A DNA stretch of 64,000 bases from Spirochaetota bacterium. GTDB taxonomy: Bacteria > Spirochaetota > UBA12135 > COTS27 > CBDBHE01. The DNA is taken from assembly GCA_965205605.1 (NCBI GenBank), contig CBDBHE010000005.1, positions 19,805 to 83,804 of the forward strand. The letters are read 5' to 3'. This document shows, in pieces, positions 62,696 to 64,000 of this stretch; position 1 is the first letter of the stretch; each line of letters begins with the position of its first letter. The notes under the pieces were generated by a model. It was not told the DNA's origin. It did not search any database and worked only from the letters and a program-made list of their open reading frames with translations. The position numbers and the translations under genes are program-made.

Positions 62696-63681
62696 TTACT
62701 TTTAAAGATCCTCTTTATTTATTAATTCTTCCTGTTATTTTTTTGTATTTTTATTACGCCAAAAAAACCCCTCCTGCAACAATGATGGTTTCTTCGGTTA
62801 ATCTTTTTTCTACCCCTACTCTTGGTTTTAAAGAAAAAATCATCCACTCGCCTCTGATTTTAAGAACCCTCTCTCTTGCTTTATTAATCCTTGCTCTTGG
62901 AAGGCCGATGACGGGCATCAAGAAACATCTCCTCAATACTCAAGGGATTGAAATGATCATTTGCTTAGACACTTCTAACTCTTTAAAAGGCACCGATTTA
63001 AAACCAAATCGCCTTGAAGTAGCGAAAAAAAATATTCAAGATTTTATCAATAACAATAAAAATGACAAAATAGGATTAGTTATTTTTGGAAAAGAAGCTT
63101 TTTTACAATGTCCTTTAACTTTAGATCATGAGATTCTAAAAAACTTTTTAAAACAAGTTGACTTTAACCAACAACTAGGCTCTGCTACAACGATTGGAAT
63201 GGCACTTACAACGGCCATTATTGCTCTTAAATCAAGTCAAGCAAAAACTAAATTGATTATCTTAGTTACAGATGGAGTTAATAATACCGGGGACATCGAT
63301 CCAATAACAGCCGCCCACCTTTGTGAAACTTATGGGATTAAGGTTTACTGTATTGGAATTGGAAAACCAGGGATTTCTCAAGTTTTTATTGAAGGAAAAG
63401 ATCCTTTTTTTGGAAGCAAATTGATCCCTATTAAAAATGAAATGGATGAAGAAACCCTAAAGAAAATTAGTAAAATTACAGGAGGAATCTATTTTAATGT
63501 TCAAAACAAACCCAAATTTAAAGAAGCTTATCAAAAAATTAATCTTTTAGAAAAAACAAAAATCACCTCTTCACAATACTTAGAAGGTTACGACCAATAC
63601 CCTATTTTTTTATTTTCAGCGTTTTGTCTGATTCTTCTAGAACTAGGACTTTCTTTAACTTTTTTAAAAAAACTACCTTAA
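62692..63681 (+). CDS. batA: BatA-type vWA domain protein
   Basis: F.DP..L N-terminus, LGRP, MIDAS DTSNS, PNRL, PLTLD, TDG.NN.G, TGG.YF. Confidence 0.85.
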   Translation: MITFKDPLYLLILPVIFLYFYYAKKTPPATMMVSSVNLFSTPTLGFKEKIIHSPLILRTLSLALLILALGRPMTGIKKHLLNTQGIEMIICLDTSNSLKGTDLKPNRLEVAKKNIQDFINNNKNDKIGLVIFGKEAFLQCPLTLDHEILKNFLKQVDFNQQLGSATTIGMALTTAIIALKSSQAKTKLIILVTDGVNNTGDIDPITAAHLCETYGIKVYCIGIGKPGISQVFIEGKDPFFGSKLIPIKNEMDEETLKKISKITGGIYFNVQNKPKFKEAYQKINLLEKTKITSSQYLEGYDQYPIFLFSAFCLILLELGLSLTFLKKLP

Positions 63682-63701
63682 TTAAAGAGGATTTATATCA
63701 A

Positions 63702-64000
63702 ATGCAATTTTCAGATCCACAATTTGCTTGGTTTTTTTTAAGCATTCTACTTTATCTTCTAAGGCTTTACTTGTTAAGTAAAGATAATAATAAAAAATTA
63801 AAAAAAATAGGAGCCCCTAACCTTATCAAACAACTGACTAAAAACATTGATTGGAATAAACGAATCATTAAATACATTCTGATCGTTTTAATACTCAGCT
63901 TTTTAACGCTTGGTTTGATGAACCCTAAATGGGGCAGAAAAAAAACAATTCTAAATCAAAAAGGAAGAGACCTTATTCTTTTAATTGACATTAGCAAATC
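63702..64000 (+). CDS. batB: BatB-type vWA protein, N-terminal part (runs off window end)
   Basis: Manual translation from ATG 63702: MQFSDPQF...LGLMNPKWG...KGRDLILLIDIS. Confidence 0.8.
   Translation, partial: MQFSDPQFAWFFLSILLYLLRLYLLSKDNNKKLKKIGAPNLIKQLTKNIDWNKRIIKYILIVLILSFLTLGLMNPKWGRKKTILNQKGRDLILLIDISK

Overview
Very AT-rich (by eye well under 30% GC), gene-dense chromosomal window. The spirochaete-type FlaB flagellin, a spirochaete-style acidic protein, a P13-like C-terminal motif and batAB suggest a divergent, possibly host-associated member of Spirochaetota (inference). Most genes are housekeeping: alaS (partial), moaA, argBDF and argH, obg, fmt, fabH, a trans-sulfuration enzyme, hemE, accBC, scpA and scpB (split), flaB, ftsH, purC, acnA, hisHF, a complete F1Fo ATP synthase operon, mltG, maf, ribE, coaX, pyrF, rpsP-khpA-rimM-trmD-rplS, ffh, mutL and bat genes. 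I saw no rRNA, tRNA, CRISPR array or transposase. The best leads are: (i) a kinase + nucleotidyltransferase + GT28 glycosyltransferase + HAD cluster at 40.1-44.1 kb, a possible undescribed glycolipid/head-group pathway; (ii) a translationally coupled TPR / beta-barrel / peptidase-propeller-Omp85 trio; (iii) argB split by a +1 frameshift in an A11 tract; (iv) an AccB with a degenerate biotinylation motif; (v) a decayed ~1 kb membrane-protein pseudogene; (vi) a structured GC-richer intergenic element at 47.7-47.9 kb. All gene calls are from motif recognition; no database search was run.
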